DNA of 64,000 nucleotides, from the IMG/VR virus record IMGVR_UViG_3300027668_001405, positions 64,001-128,000 of that record; one strand, 5' to 3'. Numbering within the stretch: position 1 is the first letter of the stretch; the number at the start of each line of letters is the position of its first letter. Shown here piece after piece: positions 63,007 to 64,000 of this stretch. The notes under the pieces are model-generated. The model was not told the origin of the DNA and did no database searches. It worked only from the letters and a program-made list of their open reading frames with translations. The stretch is from a virus. A program made the translations under genes and the position numbers.

Positions 63007-64000
63007 TAGCTAGTGCATTTTTAAACATGTCTTTTGCTACTACTTTTAATTCACCTGTACGTTTTTCGTCAAACGCCATATCTTCTTTAACTGAAGCAAA
63101 CACAGGCTTATCATAAAAACCTTTTTTCTTTAGTTTCTTTGGTTGATTTGGTTGCTTTGGGTCTTTTGGTGCTGGTTTACTTGGTTGTGGCACTGCCGGT
63201 TTACTTGGTTTATTTGGTACTGGCATTGGCTCTACACTTGGTTTTGGTGAAGGTTGTGCTGGTTTACTTGGTGGTTTTTTCTGCATTGGTTTTTTTGGTG
63301 CGTCAGGAGCACTAGGCTTGTGGTGGGGGTGTTTGTGAGCACCAAAGTCTTCTTTAATATCTTTAGCTTTAGGCTTATCGTGTCCCCAACCTTTTTTCTT
63401 TAACTCTAAATGATCAGCTTCAACTTTACACATTTTGCCTTTTCCTGTTTTAGGATCGTACATCATGTGTGGTTTAAACTTGTCACCAGCTTTGCTTTCT
63501 GAAACCTTTTGAGCAATGTTTTTAAATACATATGCTGGGTCGCCTGCTTTATAACGTTGCCAAGCTGGAGTATTAGCATTTTTATCTGCTTGTGTTACTT
63601 CCATCTTTGGTGTATCAATATTGTCAGCTCCGCCACTGCCTTCGTTTCTCAACGGTGCATTTGGTAAGTCCATTTCTTTCCAGTCTTCGTATGTAATGTA
63701 TATGTCTGAATCTGGATCGTAGTAAGAACCTTCTCTTGGATCATAATATACTACTTTGCCAATACGTGTCATAAACGGACCTTCTAATCCATCACGTTCT
63801 TGATATCTATCTTTATCAATTGGCTTCATTGATTCCCAATCTTCTTGTAACGCTGAATCGTGCATACGTTCAGGTATCTTTCCAAGTGGAATAGGTCTAG
63901 CATGTTTTAAATCTGCGTTTGCAACTGAACCTTCATAACCGTATGAACGATCAAATATATGTTCCCATCCGCCTTCTGCTGTTTTACGTATATAAGATAT
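62981..64000 (-). CDS. Large modular Pro/Lys-rich protein, 5'-truncated by the window edge; probable virion protein
   Basis: The frame of the 62981-63865 ORF stays open for 45 more codons to base 64000 (ISYIRKTAEGGWEHIF...PERM). Confidence 0.65.
   Translation of the reverse strand: MSYIRKTAEGGWEHIFDRSYGYEGSVANADLKHARPIPLGKIPERMHDSALQEDWESMKPIDKDRYQERDGLEGPFMTRIGKVVYYDPREGSYYDPDSDIYITYEDWKEMDLPNAPLRNEGSGGADNIDTPKMEVTQADKNANTPAWQRYKAGDPAYVFKNIAQKVSESKAGDKFKPHMMYDPKTGKGKMCKVEADHLELKKKGWGHDKPKAKDIKEDFGAHKHPHHKPSAPDAPKKPMQKKPPSKPAQPSPKPSVEPMPVPNKPSKPAVPQPSKPAPKDPKQPNQPKKLKKKGFYDKPVFASVKEDMAFDEKRTGELKVVAKDMFKNALANAKKKAGN
63130..63330 (-). repeat. Imperfect Pro-Lys/Pro-Ser-Lys-Pro coding repeats
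   Basis: Plus-strand ggtttacttgg(t) recurs; protein reads PSKPAQPSPKPSVEPMPVPNKPSKPAVPQPSKPAPKDPKQPNQPKK. Confidence 0.7.

Noticed and set aside
1-64000. CRISPR array, tRNA, rRNA, integrase, transposase, intron or intein
   Set aside because: No regularly spaced repeats, no tRNA T-arm/cloverleaf, and no such motifs seen by eye; PolB and RFC are of normal length. tRNAscan-SE and cmscan would be needed to be certain.
1-64000. Alternative genetic code (stop-codon reassignment)
   Set aside because: Conserved genes translate full length in the standard code, with TAA, TAG and TGA all used as stops and tight gene packing.

Overview
AT-rich, densely packed 64 kb segment of a large tailed-phage genome, probably a marine jumbo or T4-like phage. 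The assignment rests on a family B DNA polymerase, an RFC/gp44-type clamp-loader subunit, a GroES-like protein, MazG, two peptidoglycan hydrolases, many small hypotheticals, and both sigma70-type (TTGACA-17-TATAAT) and T4-late-like (TAAATA) promoter motifs. No rRNA, tRNA or CRISPR array was seen. Four strand blocks: (1) 1-21062 (+) is one contiguous operon-like array of 12 radical SAM enzymes and 2 free-standing SPASM/twitch domains, plus an amidinotransferase, a PLP enzyme, a 2OG-Fe(II) hydroxylase, a nitroreductase-like protein, an SDR and two paralogous unknowns. (2) 21064-41750 (-) holds early hypotheticals, a MotA/ExbB-MotB/ExbD-like pair, an oxygenase alpha subunit lacking its Rieske ligands, the clamp loader, Prs/ClpP/GroES/DnaE-fragment/RpiB/MazG/Apt, an Fe-S maturation set (IscA, IscS, Nfu, ferredoxin, SufT/DUF59), QueD with a candidate upstream RNA pseudoknot, CspA, two TauD-like enzymes, a GNAT-like protein and a desaturase. 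(3) 41862-44778 (+) holds a GNAT-like protein, a minimal adenylate-forming enzyme and sulfotransferase-like proteins. (4) 44732-64000 (-) holds hydrolases, early genes, PolB, a 13th radical SAM, a DNA methyltransferase and probable virion head proteins. Strongest leads: the radical SAM array with its apparently matched [4Fe-4S] supply and adenine-salvage genes, split radical SAM/SPASM genes, a palindromic operator (CAAGA-NN-TCTTG) inside four early promoters, and a preQ1-I-like RNA upstream of queD. All calls come from motif recognition by eye; no database search was run.
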